A DNA stretch of 64,000 nt, from positions 186,001-250,000 of the IMG/VR virus record IMGVR_UViG_3300041411_000129. One strand, given 5' to 3'. Shown one piece after another: positions 1-9,755 of the stretch. A program made the position numbers and the translations under genes. The notes below the pieces were generated by a model. The model searched no databases. It was not told the DNA's origin and saw nothing but the letters and a program-made list of their open reading frames with translations. Positions within the stretch are counted from its first letter, which is position 1, and every line of letters starts with the position of its first letter.

Positions 1-1
1 T

Positions 2-196
2 GAAGCTGAACACAAACGTGGCTGCGAACTCAATGGCACTGCGTTCGATCAACGCATGATCCATGAATACGTTCACGTCCCGATCATCGGTCACCGCAAG
101 CACGCTGCTGCGCTGCTCGCAAGCCTGAGCGGTAAGACCAAGATCTTCACCGACTCTCCGCTCGAGCAAACTGAATACAAGCAAGGCGATAAGTAA
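2..196 (+). CDS. 3' end of hypothetical protein (truncated by window)
   Basis: Open frame from window start to TAA at 194-196, followed by a terminator hairpin. Confidence 0.6.
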   Translation, partial: EAEHKRGCELNGTAFDQRMIHEYVHVPIIGHRKHAAALLASLSGKTKIFTDSPLEQTEYKQGDK

Positions 197-213
197 AGTT
201 ATCGCAACACAGT

Positions 214-235
214 GCGCCGGGGCTTTCCCCGGCGT
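214..235 (+). terminator. Intrinsic terminator-like hairpin
   Basis: GCGCCGGGG-CTTT-CCCCGGCGT. Confidence 0.6.
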
Positions 236-292
236 AACTATCAACCTTTTTTGCTAACCTTATAGAACCAATTTCTTATCAGGAGTGTCATC

Positions 293-502
293 ATGTTGCG
301 AGCGTTTCTTTTCTTGGCTATCGGTGTTATTGCAGGCGCAGCTACACAAGTGGTAATCCACAAACACCCCGTTCAACTTAACGGCGCCGCTAAAGCAATG
401 GCCGACTGCGTTGAGAAGGATAGCATCGGTGTAATCAGTCCTGCCGAACTCAACAACGTTTATAAGCTGTGCTGGAATCACGCGACTTTAACTAAGCGAT
501 AA
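293..502 (+). CDS. Small hypothetical protein with signal/TM N-terminus
   Basis: AGGAG SD; hydrophobic N-terminus. Confidence 0.7.
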   Translation: MLRAFLFLAIGVIAGAATQVVIHKHPVQLNGAAKAMADCVEKDSIGVISPAELNNVYKLCWNHATLTKR

Positions 503-512
503 GGATACTTCA

Positions 513-1124
513 ATGCGTTACGGACAAGAGCCACAAGTACTTGGGGAATTCCCTATCGATCTGGTTAAGGCTAAGGTCGAGATGTGTTTCGTGCAGTATC
601 TCCCTATCTTCATCCCAGGTATGCGGAGTATTGAAATCCCCGTTAACCTGGACTGGATTCGCCCACTGGTCAGACAGATCGAATGGGACGCCGCCACTGA
701 ACATGTTTACGTATCGGTGAAGCACCTATTCGTTACTCCAGACAACATGGGTAATCGCCCTGGCTGGCATTCGGATGGCTTCGGTACAGATGACCTCAAT
801 TATATCTGGACTGACCACTTCCCAACCGAGTTCTCTATTCAGGACTTCGAGTTGAGTGAAGATCACCATCTGTCGTTGATCGAACTTGAACAGCAGGTTA
901 AGCCTGAGAGCATCCGCACTTACGGCGAGAACAAACTGGTACGACTGGATAAATACAACATCCATCGTCCGCCAGTGCAGGACAAATCTGGATTCCGTAC
1001 TTTCGTGAAGATCTCGGTCTCCAAAGAACGGTACAACCTGCAAGGCAACGCGCACAATCACCTGATTGATTACGATTGGGAAATGAAACCTCGTGACGCT
1101 GTGCGCAATCCTACTTCGGCATGA
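513..1124 (+). CDS. Putative 2OG-Fe(II) dioxygenase-like protein
   Basis: GWHSDG (HxD) plus distal H (IHRPP) and R (RTFVKIS), as in the DSBH facial triad. Confidence 0.55.
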   Translation: MRYGQEPQVLGEFPIDLVKAKVEMCFVQYLPIFIPGMRSIEIPVNLDWIRPLVRQIEWDAATEHVYVSVKHLFVTPDNMGNRPGWHSDGFGTDDLNYIWTDHFPTEFSIQDFELSEDHHLSLIELEQQVKPESIRTYGENKLVRLDKYNIHRPPVQDKSGFRTFVKISVSKERYNLQGNAHNHLIDYDWEMKPRDAVRNPTSA

Positions 1125-1357
1125 GTAAGACAGCTCAACGAAATCGCCAGCTTTACGCCTACGGATACAGAGTCGGACTCGGTAAAGAGAAGTTCGATTG
1201 GACTAGACGTGCGCGTAAGGTGGGGTGGGAAGCATTCGATCGCGGCAAGGCTGCTGGTAAAGCAGAGAAGCTTCGACGCCAACAGCTTAATGCTAATCCA
1301 TGGCTTGACTTCAAACGGTGGGTTAAACGCGTCTTCCGTAACTTGATAAAACGATAA
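1121..1357 (+). CDS. Basic hypothetical protein
   Basis: ATGA overlap with upstream gene. Confidence 0.65.
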   Translation: MSKTAQRNRQLYAYGYRVGLGKEKFDWTRRARKVGWEAFDRGKAAGKAEKLRRQQLNANPWLDFKRWVKRVFRNLIKR

Positions 1358-1405
1358 CAGCATACAGCCGGGGCAATCCCCGGCTTTGTGTCAGGAGAGT
1401 TCGCA

Positions 1406-1516
1406 ATGACTAAACTGCAAATGGTTCTGGCTGTTCCAGTAGGTATCGCTGTACTGATGGGTATCGGTCATGCTGCTATCTGGATTCATGAAATGATTCG
1501 GGCAGGTTGGCTATGA
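1406..1516 (+). CDS. 36-aa membrane peptide
   Basis: AGGAG SD; MTKLQMVLAVPVGIAVLMGIGHAAIW; not in ORF track (under 60 aa). Confidence 0.55.
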   Translation: MTKLQMVLAVPVGIAVLMGIGHAAIWIHEMIRAGWL

Positions 1517-1788
1517 CAGCTGCTACAGAAATCTGGACTAAACCAGAGGACCTAACGGATGCACACAAGGCGCTTAGAGCAGTCATGCGCTGGCGGTGTC
1601 TTGAAGTGCTTCCGGATGGGTGTATGAAAGCTGTCGATGAGATCACCGGCGTTCTGTCCAACTTCACCCCTGCTGTTATTACTCTGCAAGGGTTGGAGAT
1701 TGGCGATGCTATTGAAGTACGGGAAGGAGCTACCCGTAATCTCGATGTGGTTATTCTTTACAAAAGCGGAGTGAAGTATGAGTCTTGA
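1513..1788 (+). CDS. Hypothetical protein
   Basis: ATGA-coupled ORF. Confidence 0.7.
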   Translation: MTAATEIWTKPEDLTDAHKALRAVMRWRCLEVLPDGCMKAVDEITGVLSNFTPAVITLQGLEIGDAIEVREGATRNLDVVILYKSGVKYES

Positions 1789-2047
1789 CCTAGCGATCTA
1801 TGACGGCAACGATCTGGAACAAGCCTGTATCATCAACTTCACGAACGATGGTTTCCAGGAATTAGTTACTCTCGGTCTTGGGCAGGTTCCTCACTGTACC
1901 GCTAATGATGGCAACCGCGTCATCGACCTCCAGATCTTCCGCCCTAAGGTCGTGAGTATTCTGGAGCAACGTAAGATCCCGAACAATCAAACCCGTGAAA
2001 TGCTCCGGGCTATCGAGCAGTATCGATATCTGGCTATTAACCCGTAG
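1778..2047 (+). CDS. Hypothetical protein
   Basis: GGAG SD; overlaps upstream stop. Confidence 0.7.
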   Translation: MSLDLAIYDGNDLEQACIINFTNDGFQELVTLGLGQVPHCTANDGNRVIDLQIFRPKVVSILEQRKIPNNQTREMLRAIEQYRYLAINP

Positions 2048-2056
2048 GAGGCTGTA

Positions 2057-2854
2057 ATGCCGATTCCAAGAAAGTACGTAATCATCTTCGGTGACGTGGA
2101 TGAGTACATCAAGCACATCAATCGGCCAGTCGACGAGCATGTCGTACTTACCCCACTCATCGACATCGTGCGCAAGAAATATCCACAGATCGTCGAGCGT
2201 TCTGTGGATCTCCTCGACTTCTTTAAGGATATCGAGGAGCCGGTGAGCATCACTCTTCTCGAGTTCTTCAAGGACCGAGCGGAATTGGTCAAGTCTTTGG
2301 AAACTCGTGATGACGAGATGTTCGAAGATGAGGAGGAGTGGGAGAACCATTGGTTCGTTTACTCCGTCGCCAAAGAGTTCATGGTCCTCAACTACGACGT
2401 CGGTTCCATGAATGAAGCGTCGTGCTGTAAGGCTAGCAACTTCCCTGAGAAGTGGGAGAAGGTAGCTGTTCCATTGTTGATGAAGGATGGTTCGATAGCT
2501 GAACTGTCTGAGGGCTTCGCCAACATCTTGGATATGCGTGCCTTCAGTTACAACATGTACCGTGAAGTGGCGAAGCTTGCCGGCGATGAGGGTCGGGTAA
2601 AACTCCCTTACCACTCGATCTTCGAAACCGAAAGCATGAACAACGAGGCTCTCCATAACGATCCCGACGTTAAGTTCTCTATTTACGTCAACCCTAATTG
2701 GGTAGACCCGGTAGAGAAGCTTCGTGAAGAGCGTGAGAAGGAAGAACTCAAACCCGTAGAGCTCAGCGTCGATCGCGTCGATCAGTACCTCGAAGAGCTT
2801 AGCGATGCCTTGCGTGGCATGGACCCAAAGACCACCACGATCACTAAGTTCTAA
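2057..2854 (+). CDS. Acidic hypothetical protein
   Basis: AGGAGG SD; 265 aa; phage-like codon bias. Confidence 0.85.
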   Translation: MPIPRKYVIIFGDVDEYIKHINRPVDEHVVLTPLIDIVRKKYPQIVERSVDLLDFFKDIEEPVSITLLEFFKDRAELVKSLETRDDEMFEDEEEWENHWFVYSVAKEFMVLNYDVGSMNEASCCKASNFPEKWEKVAVPLLMKDGSIAELSEGFANILDMRAFSYNMYREVAKLAGDEGRVKLPYHSIFETESMNNEALHNDPDVKFSIYVNPNWVDPVEKLREEREKEELKPVELSVDRVDQYLEELSDALRGMDPKTTTITKF

Positions 2855-2865
2855 GTAAAAGAAAC

Positions 2866-2880
2866 ATAGACACACATTAC
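2866..2880 (+). promoter_or_regulatory. Putative phage-RNAP promoter, CACACATTAC subtype
   Basis: Intergenic motif also at 9576, 19856, 24192, 25967, 35141, 57622. Confidence 0.55.
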
Positions 2881-2908
2881 AAAAGAGACCAAGCACTTAA
2901 CGCTGTTC

Positions 2909-3349
2909 ATGGGGAAATCCATCATGAGTACATTGATGCCGGAGCGTTTCTACACGCACCGAACTCTTGGCAAGATGTCGCTGTTCATCATGACCAAGTA
3001 TGACGGGAAGAACGCAGATAAGATCGAAGCTATGCTTACGAATCTGTGCCCTCAGTACTCGGGTAATATCAAGAGCGGTTATAACCTGCCTGATCGCCGG
3101 CTGTTCTTGCATACTGGTGATTACCTGACCTTCTCGTACGCGACTGGGTTTCAGGTATTCAGCGAGAAAGAGATCGAACGCAACTTCAACAAAGAACCGA
3201 TCCTCACTCGCCGTGCAACCTACTGGCTGGCTGGCTTCGTAGTCGTACTTGCTATCGCCGCCGCAGTTGTCTGGCAGATGTACGATTACGGTATTGGTTG
3301 CCCAACTCCTGCTGAGGTTAACCAGCAGGTAGGGACTATCTTCAAATGA
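2909..3349 (+). CDS. Hypothetical protein with C-terminal TM helix
   Basis: WLAGFVVVLAIAAAVVW. Confidence 0.75.
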   Translation: MGKSIMSTLMPERFYTHRTLGKMSLFIMTKYDGKNADKIEAMLTNLCPQYSGNIKSGYNLPDRRLFLHTGDYLTFSYATGFQVFSEKEIERNFNKEPILTRRATYWLAGFVVVLAIAAAVVWQMYDYGIGCPTPAEVNQQVGTIFK

Positions 3350-3423
3350 TCGCAATCTTCTAAACACAGCGCTCATCAGCGGAAACGTTGATGGGCGTTC
3401 TTTACTGCCATACGGGAGGATTT

Positions 3424-3789
3424 ATGCCTTACGACATAGTCAAGCAAAACTTGACGAGGTTAGGCACGTTGACCGGAGGTAAGTTAGGCGCCATCGACGT
3501 TATACGCGAATTGAAACAAGGTGGTTTGAGCATCTGGCTTTCTGACGATGCGCTTAACTACACGCGGCATTCGCTGCACGAATATAAGTACGCTGAACAA
3601 GTAACTGACGATCGGATCATTCTGTCCTGGCTGGACCTTCCGCCGTACCAGATTGGCATTCGCAGTCATTTCTATCTACATTCGGCGGCTGGCTTTTTGA
3701 TGTCCGCAATGAGCGATTGGCCTATGGGCTTTCGTGCTTTAATGATTCGCAAAGCTGAACAAGCACTCCAACTTTACGACAACAACTGA
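3424..3789 (+). CDS. Hypothetical protein
   Basis: GGGAGGA SD before ATG 3424. Confidence 0.7.
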   Translation: MPYDIVKQNLTRLGTLTGGKLGAIDVIRELKQGGLSIWLSDDALNYTRHSLHEYKYAEQVTDDRIILSWLDLPPYQIGIRSHFYLHSAAGFLMSAMSDWPMGFRALMIRKAEQALQLYDNN

Positions 3790-3807
3790 TTATTAAGGAA
3801 ATACCGC

Positions 3808-4902
3808 ATGGCTCGTAAAACTGTTCCGACCACATCTCAGGATAACACCAGTTTGAACCTCACCCTTGACCCAAACGATAAGCAGCCGGTCAAGACTGTC
3901 AAGGCCATCGCCAAAGCAGCGACTAAACCAGCAGCGAAGAAGCCTGGACCTAAACCCGGCGCTAAAGCCGCGGCTGCTAAAGCGGCTGTCAAGCCGGTTG
4001 TCGAGAAAGCAACCCGTAACATCGGTGAAGCGGAGGTTGGTCTGAAAACTAGCCTCGATGATCTGCCGAAAGGTTTGACCGACATCCTGCCGGATGCGAT
4101 GTTGGAAATCCTCGATACCACCAAGGGCGATGCCAAGGTCGTCAACTTCGGTGTAGGCACTCTGCCGAATGATCTCGGCTTCGTCCGCGTTTACGCTGAA
4201 GATAAACTGGTGACGATTACCGATCCAGAACATCTACCGCGTGGTTGGGTCACTCTGGAATCGAACAAGACCCTCGGGTCGAAAGTGTTCTACATCCACA
4301 CGACGAAACTGCCAGGTCACCCGCAAGAAGGCGAATACACCACTGCCCTGCGCAATGCGTACGACGTGGCGATCAGCGAAGCTCTGCGCGATGCTGGCTA
4401 CAGTGATTTCATCCCAGCCGCTGTTGCAACTATCGGCGTGGTTGAAGAGTTCAATCCAATGCTGGTAAATATGGAATCTATCCATAGTCGTCTGCGCCGC
4501 CAGCGTCGTCCTGATCAGCAGTACCTCACCCGCCCTATCGGCGAACACTACAACCGCAACACCATGTCGGTATTGACCCGCAATGGTGAAACCGACTACA
4601 TGTTCGTTCTCGATAACCTGATGGAAGTCAACACTTCCCGCGCCGCAGTCAATCAGGCAATCGAACGGGGTCATCAACTGGTGATCGTAACTATCGGCGA
4701 GCGTAGCTTCACTGCCGCTGTGACTTTGGAAAGCTATCCAATCTCACTCAACACGTTGAACCAAACACTGCTGCTCGAATACCTCAACGATGCGGTACGT
4801 GCATTGTTGGTAACGGCATGGTTTGACAAGATGATCACCGATGTGGTTGTCACCGAGTTCAATACCAAGTTCGCCTACGTCACAACCGCACCAGCCGCTT
4901 AA
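3808..4902 (+). CDS. Hypothetical protein with Lys/Ala/Pro-rich N-terminal tail
   Basis: KAATKPAAKKPGPKPGAKAAAAKAAVKP; AAGGA SD. Confidence 0.85.
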   Translation: MARKTVPTTSQDNTSLNLTLDPNDKQPVKTVKAIAKAATKPAAKKPGPKPGAKAAAAKAAVKPVVEKATRNIGEAEVGLKTSLDDLPKGLTDILPDAMLEILDTTKGDAKVVNFGVGTLPNDLGFVRVYAEDKLVTITDPEHLPRGWVTLESNKTLGSKVFYIHTTKLPGHPQEGEYTTALRNAYDVAISEALRDAGYSDFIPAAVATIGVVEEFNPMLVNMESIHSRLRRQRRPDQQYLTRPIGEHYNRNTMSVLTRNGETDYMFVLDNLMEVNTSRAAVNQAIERGHQLVIVTIGERSFTAAVTLESYPISLNTLNQTLLLEYLNDAVRALLVTAWFDKMITDVVVTEFNTKFAYVTTAPAA

Positions 4903-4993
4903 CCGGTATACCCCACGCCAGCAGTTAGGGCGTGGGGCTACATCTACATTTTAATTTTTGTTTGTAGTAACTTTTATTAAGGGGAACTTAACA

Positions 4994-5794
4994 ATGACTC
5001 AGGCTCCACGTCATAGACCGCAGTACATCTTCAGAGTCGTCCACAAGGCCAGTGGGTACTATTTCATGCAGATTGGTTCCATCCAGTCAGTCAACATGGA
5101 CTCTATCGTCAAGCGTGTGCATGACGCGGCTGCGTTGGGACCTAAACGTACTATCGTCAATTACCCGTTGAAAGACTTCGGTGATCGCTGGGCTCCACTG
5201 AGTGTAGGGGACTGGGAAGTCTTCGGTGGGGATATCGCTTATCAGAACTTCGATTCCGCTCTGGAAGCTGCGCGACTTTACGTGACTGAATCTGATACAG
5301 GTAAGTTCCTGCTGAGCAGCAACGTTTTCGAACGCCACGAATGGCCAGCTTACAAACCTGCTAAAGAACGAGTAGTCAGTCGTCATGCTGCTCAGGCTAT
5401 CGCGCATACGGCGTCCACTCCACTGGCTGCCCTGACGTGGTTTGGCGATATCAAACGTTCTTACATTGAAAGTGGGATCGTGACTTGTACGAAAGGTGTG
5501 GATGGCAGCCTGGTAGTCTGGACGATGGGTACATCGCTTACAATGCTAACCCCTGACATCGAAGAGCAGTCCAAGAAATGTGCGGCTGCTGGAAAGATCG
5601 TGATGATTTCGGTATATCTCGATCTGGTGTTCAAGGATACTAGGCGTTTCCATTCAGGTAACGTGATAAAGCCAGTGAAGTTTGCACACTTTGCTCCATC
5701 GATTACGATGGCTATGGCTGAGTTACGCGATCTGGTCAGAGATATCCAACTGACACATACTGGCGACACTGATTATCCAGAATACAAGCATTAA
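4994..5794 (+). CDS. Hypothetical protein
   Basis: AAGGGGAA SD before ATG 4994. Confidence 0.8.
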   Translation: MTQAPRHRPQYIFRVVHKASGYYFMQIGSIQSVNMDSIVKRVHDAAALGPKRTIVNYPLKDFGDRWAPLSVGDWEVFGGDIAYQNFDSALEAARLYVTESDTGKFLLSSNVFERHEWPAYKPAKERVVSRHAAQAIAHTASTPLAALTWFGDIKRSYIESGIVTCTKGVDGSLVVWTMGTSLTMLTPDIEEQSKKCAAAGKIVMISVYLDLVFKDTRRFHSGNVIKPVKFAHFAPSITMAMAELRDLVRDIQLTHTGDTDYPEYKH

Positions 5795-5805
5795 GGTTAA
5801 GCGTC

Positions 5806-6087
5806 ATGGTGAGTAGTTCACTGTTGTTGTTCCGCGCACGTCACTACATGAAGATGCATGGCTTTCACGCTACATCGGTTGACCTCCATTCTACCATCGC
5901 CAGTAATGGCAGAAGGCAGCGGGAGGTCAGTCTGTATACTTCGGAGTTCAGACACTTGGCTTCGGAGAACTTCCAGCTGCGTAATTACGCAGAGGCACTG
6001 GATGGGTTGGTGAAACTTGGCTACACAATCAAACCCTGCCTAGAGCGGGGATTAATAGCAATAAACGCACAGGGGATAGTACAATGA
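5806..6087 (+). CDS. Hypothetical protein
   Basis: Operonic ORF. Confidence 0.65.
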   Translation: MVSSSLLLFRARHYMKMHGFHATSVDLHSTIASNGRRQREVSLYTSEFRHLASENFQLRNYAEALDGLVKLGYTIKPCLERGLIAINAQGIVQ

Positions 6088-6530
6088 GTAAGGTAAGTTT
6101 TCTTCCTCAGCAAGTCGCATCTGGAATGTCTGTTCCGGTAAACATGATCTCACTCAATAGTCCGAACGACTTCACTCGTTTCGCTGTTGAGCATAAGCGT
6201 CTGCTGACGCTGAGCTTCTATCCGAACGACTATCAGGACATGGGTGATAAAGGCCCGACTGAGGAAACCGCCAAAGCAATCGTCGACTTCATCGACAGCT
6301 GTAATGGCGAAGACATCGTGGTTCACTGTGGTGAAGGTCGTATCCGCTCTGCGGCTGTGGCTGAGTTCATCCAGCGTGATTTCGATTACGACATCGACTA
6401 CGATGCTCCTGGTTCTCTCGGCAGCACTGGCGGAATGTCCAAGCATCTGTATCGATTGCTGCGCCGTTACTACGATCCTATCAAGAAGGAACGTAAAGCT
6501 GCTGAACTGGCAAAGGAAGCTGTGGAATGA
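6084..6530 (+). CDS. Cys-dependent (PTP/dual-specificity) phosphatase family protein
   Basis: VVHCGEGRIRS matches the HCxxGxxRS signature. Confidence 0.8.
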   Translation: MSKVSFLPQQVASGMSVPVNMISLNSPNDFTRFAVEHKRLLTLSFYPNDYQDMGDKGPTEETAKAIVDFIDSCNGEDIVVHCGEGRIRSAAVAEFIQRDFDYDIDYDAPGSLGSTGGMSKHLYRLLRRYYDPIKKERKAAELAKEAVE

Positions 6531-6751
6531 TCATGTACTGGGCTACAGCTGCCATCATGGGCGTTCTCTCGGCGCTCATCTACTGGATTCTACATTGGCA
6601 CTTCCATCGCGATAAGCTGGGTAACTGGCGCACGTACATGGGGTTCAAGGGTTGGCTGCGTTGGGGCTGGAGAGCTCGCTGGAACATGGTGGTTCTGTTC
6701 CTCGCCATCATGGTGATGAACTGGGTAACGATGCCGAAAGATTTGATCTGA
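6527..6751 (+). CDS. Two-TM membrane protein
   Basis: Two hydrophobic segments. Confidence 0.7.
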   Translation: MIMYWATAAIMGVLSALIYWILHWHFHRDKLGNWRTYMGFKGWLRWGWRARWNMVVLFLAIMVMNWVTMPKDLI

Positions 6752-6819
6752 CGGCATAAATAGCGGGGGAGTAATCCCTCGCTTTATTTTTTGTTAGTGT
6801 GGTTATCGCAGTAAACTTT

Positions 6820-6836
6820 ATTACAGTCACACATAG
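6820..6836 (+). promoter_or_regulatory. Putative promoter, ATTACAGTCACACATAG subtype
   Basis: 17/17 identical to 47604-47620; variants at 58055-58071 and 46881-46896; directly downstream of a terminator. Confidence 0.6.
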
Positions 6837-6863
6837 TTAGGATACACAAACACTATCATCAAC

Positions 6864-6876
6864 GACCGTGGAGGTC
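6864..6876 (+). promoter_or_regulatory. SD-caging hairpin (copy 1 of 9)
   Basis: GACC-GTGGA-GGTC ending 4 nt before ATG 6881. Confidence 0.75.
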
Positions 6877-6880
6877 TGTA

Positions 6881-7261
6881 ATGAGCATTGAATCTGCATT
6901 CAAAATTGGCCTCGGTGTAATCGGCCTTGGCATCGCTGCCGTAGGTTGTTATAAATCGTACCAATCGTATCAGGAACAAAAGGATAAAACTGATCGCTCG
7001 ATCCGTGAGTCCGAAGAGAAGATCAAAGCCGCGCAAGCTAAAACTGAACGTGCTCGTAAAGACGCTCAAGAAAGCATGCGTAAAACAGATGCATGGCGTA
7101 AGGCTGATCAAGCACGTCACGAAGAAGTGATGGCTGGCTATCGCAAAGACCAAGAAGAACTGGATCGCTACAATGCGTACTATAGCGAACTGCTTGCCGA
7201 TCTGGAAGCTGGTCGCATTACTCCAGATGAACTCGTTAAGAAAATCAAAGCTTATAAATAA
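6881..7261 (+). CDS. N-terminally anchored coiled-coil protein
   Basis: TM helix then K/E/R-rich helix; similar layout at 24672 and 47873. Confidence 0.85.
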   Translation: MSIESAFKIGLGVIGLGIAAVGCYKSYQSYQEQKDKTDRSIRESEEKIKAAQAKTERARKDAQESMRKTDAWRKADQARHEEVMAGYRKDQEELDRYNAYYSELLADLEAGRITPDELVKKIKAYK

Positions 7262-7266
7262 TAATC

Positions 7267-7279
7267 GCCCGAGGAGGGC
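7267..7279 (+). promoter_or_regulatory. SD-caging hairpin (copy 2)
   Basis: GCCC-GAGGA-GGGC before GTG 7289. Confidence 0.7.
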
Positions 7280-7288
7280 ATTGCGTCC

Positions 7289-7972
7289 GTGAAAAAGAAC
7301 GAACTGAAGAAACTATATAACGATTACTTGGTGCGTGAGCATTTGCAAGCACAAGATGCCGTTGTGGGTTTTGGTGGGGCTTTGGTAATGATGGGTCTTC
7401 GTAAGGAGACCAGTGACATGGACCTGGATGTATCGCCGTACTTCTTCGAGATCAATCGTCGTCGGGGTTATCCGATGCACGATGCTCTCGTTGGTAAATG
7501 TATCGACGTTAATGATCGGATCTCGCTTCATGCTGGGTTGCCGATGAAGACAGTGGAGATCGAAGGGGTGTGGTGTTACGCTCCTGAGATCCTACTGATG
7601 CAGAAGCGTCGTATGCTTCGGTACAAAGGTCGTAAGCCTGAGAAGATTCCTCAGGACCTGCTGGACATCGAAGCTCTGGAGAAATATCTGAAGATCGATC
7701 TTCCAGTAGGTGGGCGTCCTTATCCGGGTAGCACTAACGATCTGCTGATGGGGATGGAGTTGACTCCTGAAGAAGAACTCTTCTACGAGCGCCTGCTTCG
7801 CCATCACTGGGCATTCCGGACTGGTCCGAAGTATCAGCACGACTTGAAGGTTGACCGGTTGCTTTCGGTTGATGCGGCAAAGATGAAGGGTAACTACCTC
7901 ATCCTGCTGAATCGCTATCGCTACCGTCATCGCAAAGAACAAGCAAAGCTACAGCTGCAACAATCCGCTTGA
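7289..7972 (+). CDS. Pol-beta-fold nucleotidyltransferase-like protein
   Basis: GFGGALV..G..KETSDMDLDV (hG[GS]..DxD) and distal K..QDLLDI. Confidence 0.6.
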   Translation: MKKNELKKLYNDYLVREHLQAQDAVVGFGGALVMMGLRKETSDMDLDVSPYFFEINRRRGYPMHDALVGKCIDVNDRISLHAGLPMKTVEIEGVWCYAPEILLMQKRRMLRYKGRKPEKIPQDLLDIEALEKYLKIDLPVGGRPYPGSTNDLLMGMELTPEEELFYERLLRHHWAFRTGPKYQHDLKVDRLLSVDAAKMKGNYLILLNRYRYRHRKEQAKLQLQQSA

Positions 7973-8037
7973 GTTATTGGGGAGCTTCGGCTCCCCTTTG
8001 ACTTACCTTTTATTTTGTCCAAAGAAGAAGCCAACGT

Positions 8038-8589
8038 ATGTCTAAGAAAGCAAAGATTGCCATGATTCTGGCCTCCACGATCAATGGTGAGATCGGCTAC
8101 AAGAACACCATCCCGTGGAAGCTCAAAGGCGATCTGCCGCGCTTCAAGGATCTAACCAACGGTAACGTCCTGATCATGGGTCGTAGTAGTTACGAATCGC
8201 TTCCAGGTCCTCTTAAGGGCAGGATCGTTATCGTCCTCACTCGTGATCCAGCCTTCGCATCTGAAGTACACGATCCAGAGAACAACGTCTACAGCGCCAG
8301 CAGCCTCCCTGAGGCTATCGAGAACGCACGTACGTTCAAGACCCAGGTCATCTTCCTTGCAGGTGGCGCTTCGATCTACGAAGAAGGCATGGGCATCGCA
8401 GACGTTGTTTATCTGACGCTTGTCCACAAGCACGCTCCAAAGTACGACACTCGCGTTAAGAACATGCGCTTCCCTGACGACGCGTGGACACAGATCGACT
8501 ACAGACATGTATTCGAACCGGACGCAGAGTTCCCTGAATTCAGCAACCCTTCCCACACCTACCACACTTTCGAACGTATCGAGAAATAA
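8038..8589 (+). CDS. folA: Dihydrofolate reductase
   Basis: IG..NTIPWKLKGDLPRFKDLT, LIMGRSSYESL, LAGGASIYEE. Confidence 0.95.
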   Translation: MSKKAKIAMILASTINGEIGYKNTIPWKLKGDLPRFKDLTNGNVLIMGRSSYESLPGPLKGRIVIVLTRDPAFASEVHDPENNVYSASSLPEAIENARTFKTQVIFLAGGASIYEEGMGIADVVYLTLVHKHAPKYDTRVKNMRFPDDAWTQIDYRHVFEPDAEFPEFSNPSHTYHTFERIEK

Positions 8590-8598
8590 GGATATCCC

Positions 8599-9513
8599 AT
8601 GCTCAGCATTCCTAGTTACCTGATTGACACCTGCTTTGCCTTTACTGATAAAGGCTGGTATCCACTCCACATGCTGGCAATGGAAACCAGCCCTAACCGC
8701 ATCAACGTGATCGTTACAGTTGCTAACGTCAAGATGATGCCTCATCACTTCCCGTTCGATGTGATGAAGTCACAAGAGCTGAAGAAGCGCACTCTGTGGG
8801 AGCGCGTTAAGCAGTTCTTCCTGAAGTTGATCGGTAAGACTGATATCGAATCCCGTCCAGTCGATCCGGCCAAACCTGAGTTCACTGTCGAGTTCATGCC
8901 GCTCGAAGATCTGCTGGACGATCTGGCCAACAGTAAGGCTCGCGCCGTTGAGATCGCCAGCTACGCCGACGTCTCCAGCCAACTCTGGATGGGTAGTCCG
9001 TTTGAAGACGATCCTCGGTTTGCTCAGATGTACGAAGGCTTCCACAATCAACTGATGGCGGCAGCTGCTTTGGGCGTCAACTGGGTCGTGGTTGAAAGCG
9101 AGTACATCAACCAAGCATTCTACCATCGCGACAACTTCCGTAAGCATGTCGAGGCTGTGGTTCGTTCCCGCTACGCCTTCTTCTGCAAGTCGGTCTGCTT
9201 TGACCTGAACCATGCGATCAGTTACCTGCCAGCAAACATGCAGGAACACGCTCGACTGGTATTGGGGTACGAGCCAATCTCTCCAGCGGCTGAAGCTGGT
9301 CTGCTGGCGTATTGCAGTCGTGTGACTGAGAACGGTCCGAAGGATCAACACATCCACACTGAGGGCGTCACTGAGTCGTTCTGGAAGATGCTGAAAGAAT
9401 ATCAGGAACTCCTGAAGCCTGAAGTTACTACAGCGAAAACAATCGTCCAGAACCATTCCGGTAAGGGCGACAATATCGTAAAGCTCGATAATACGTACAA
9501 GGTCAGGAAGTAA
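8599..9513 (+). CDS. Hypothetical protein
   Basis: 304-aa ORF with AAGGA SD. Confidence 0.85.
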   Translation: MLSIPSYLIDTCFAFTDKGWYPLHMLAMETSPNRINVIVTVANVKMMPHHFPFDVMKSQELKKRTLWERVKQFFLKLIGKTDIESRPVDPAKPEFTVEFMPLEDLLDDLANSKARAVEIASYADVSSQLWMGSPFEDDPRFAQMYEGFHNQLMAAAALGVNWVVVESEYINQAFYHRDNFRKHVEAVVRSRYAFFCKSVCFDLNHAISYLPANMQEHARLVLGYEPISPAAEAGLLAYCSRVTENGPKDQHIHTEGVTESFWKMLKEYQELLKPEVTTAKTIVQNHSGKGDNIVKLDNTYKVRK

Positions 9514-9625
9514 CTATCGGCATACAGAGGCGGGAATTCCCGCCTCTTATGTCATGCGCTATAAATAAATTCAGTAACACATTACACACTTGAATCCACA
9601 ACGACATTAGGAGTCTTCAGCAATA

Positions 9626-9733
9626 ATGGATAAGCTACAAAGCTTTGCAAAGGTTGCAGTTACTGTAATAAGCTTGGCCGTCGCATTAGTGGTGGTTAAG
9701 GTTGTAATTGAAATAGCCCGCCGCGGCGTTTAA
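9626..9733 (+). CDS. 35-aa membrane peptide
   Basis: AGGAG SD; MDKLQSFAKVAVTVISLAVALVVVKVVIEIARRGV. Confidence 0.5.
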   Translation: MDKLQSFAKVAVTVISLAVALVVVKVVIEIARRGV

Positions 9734-9755
9734 TATCGCAGATAGGAGTTACCAC

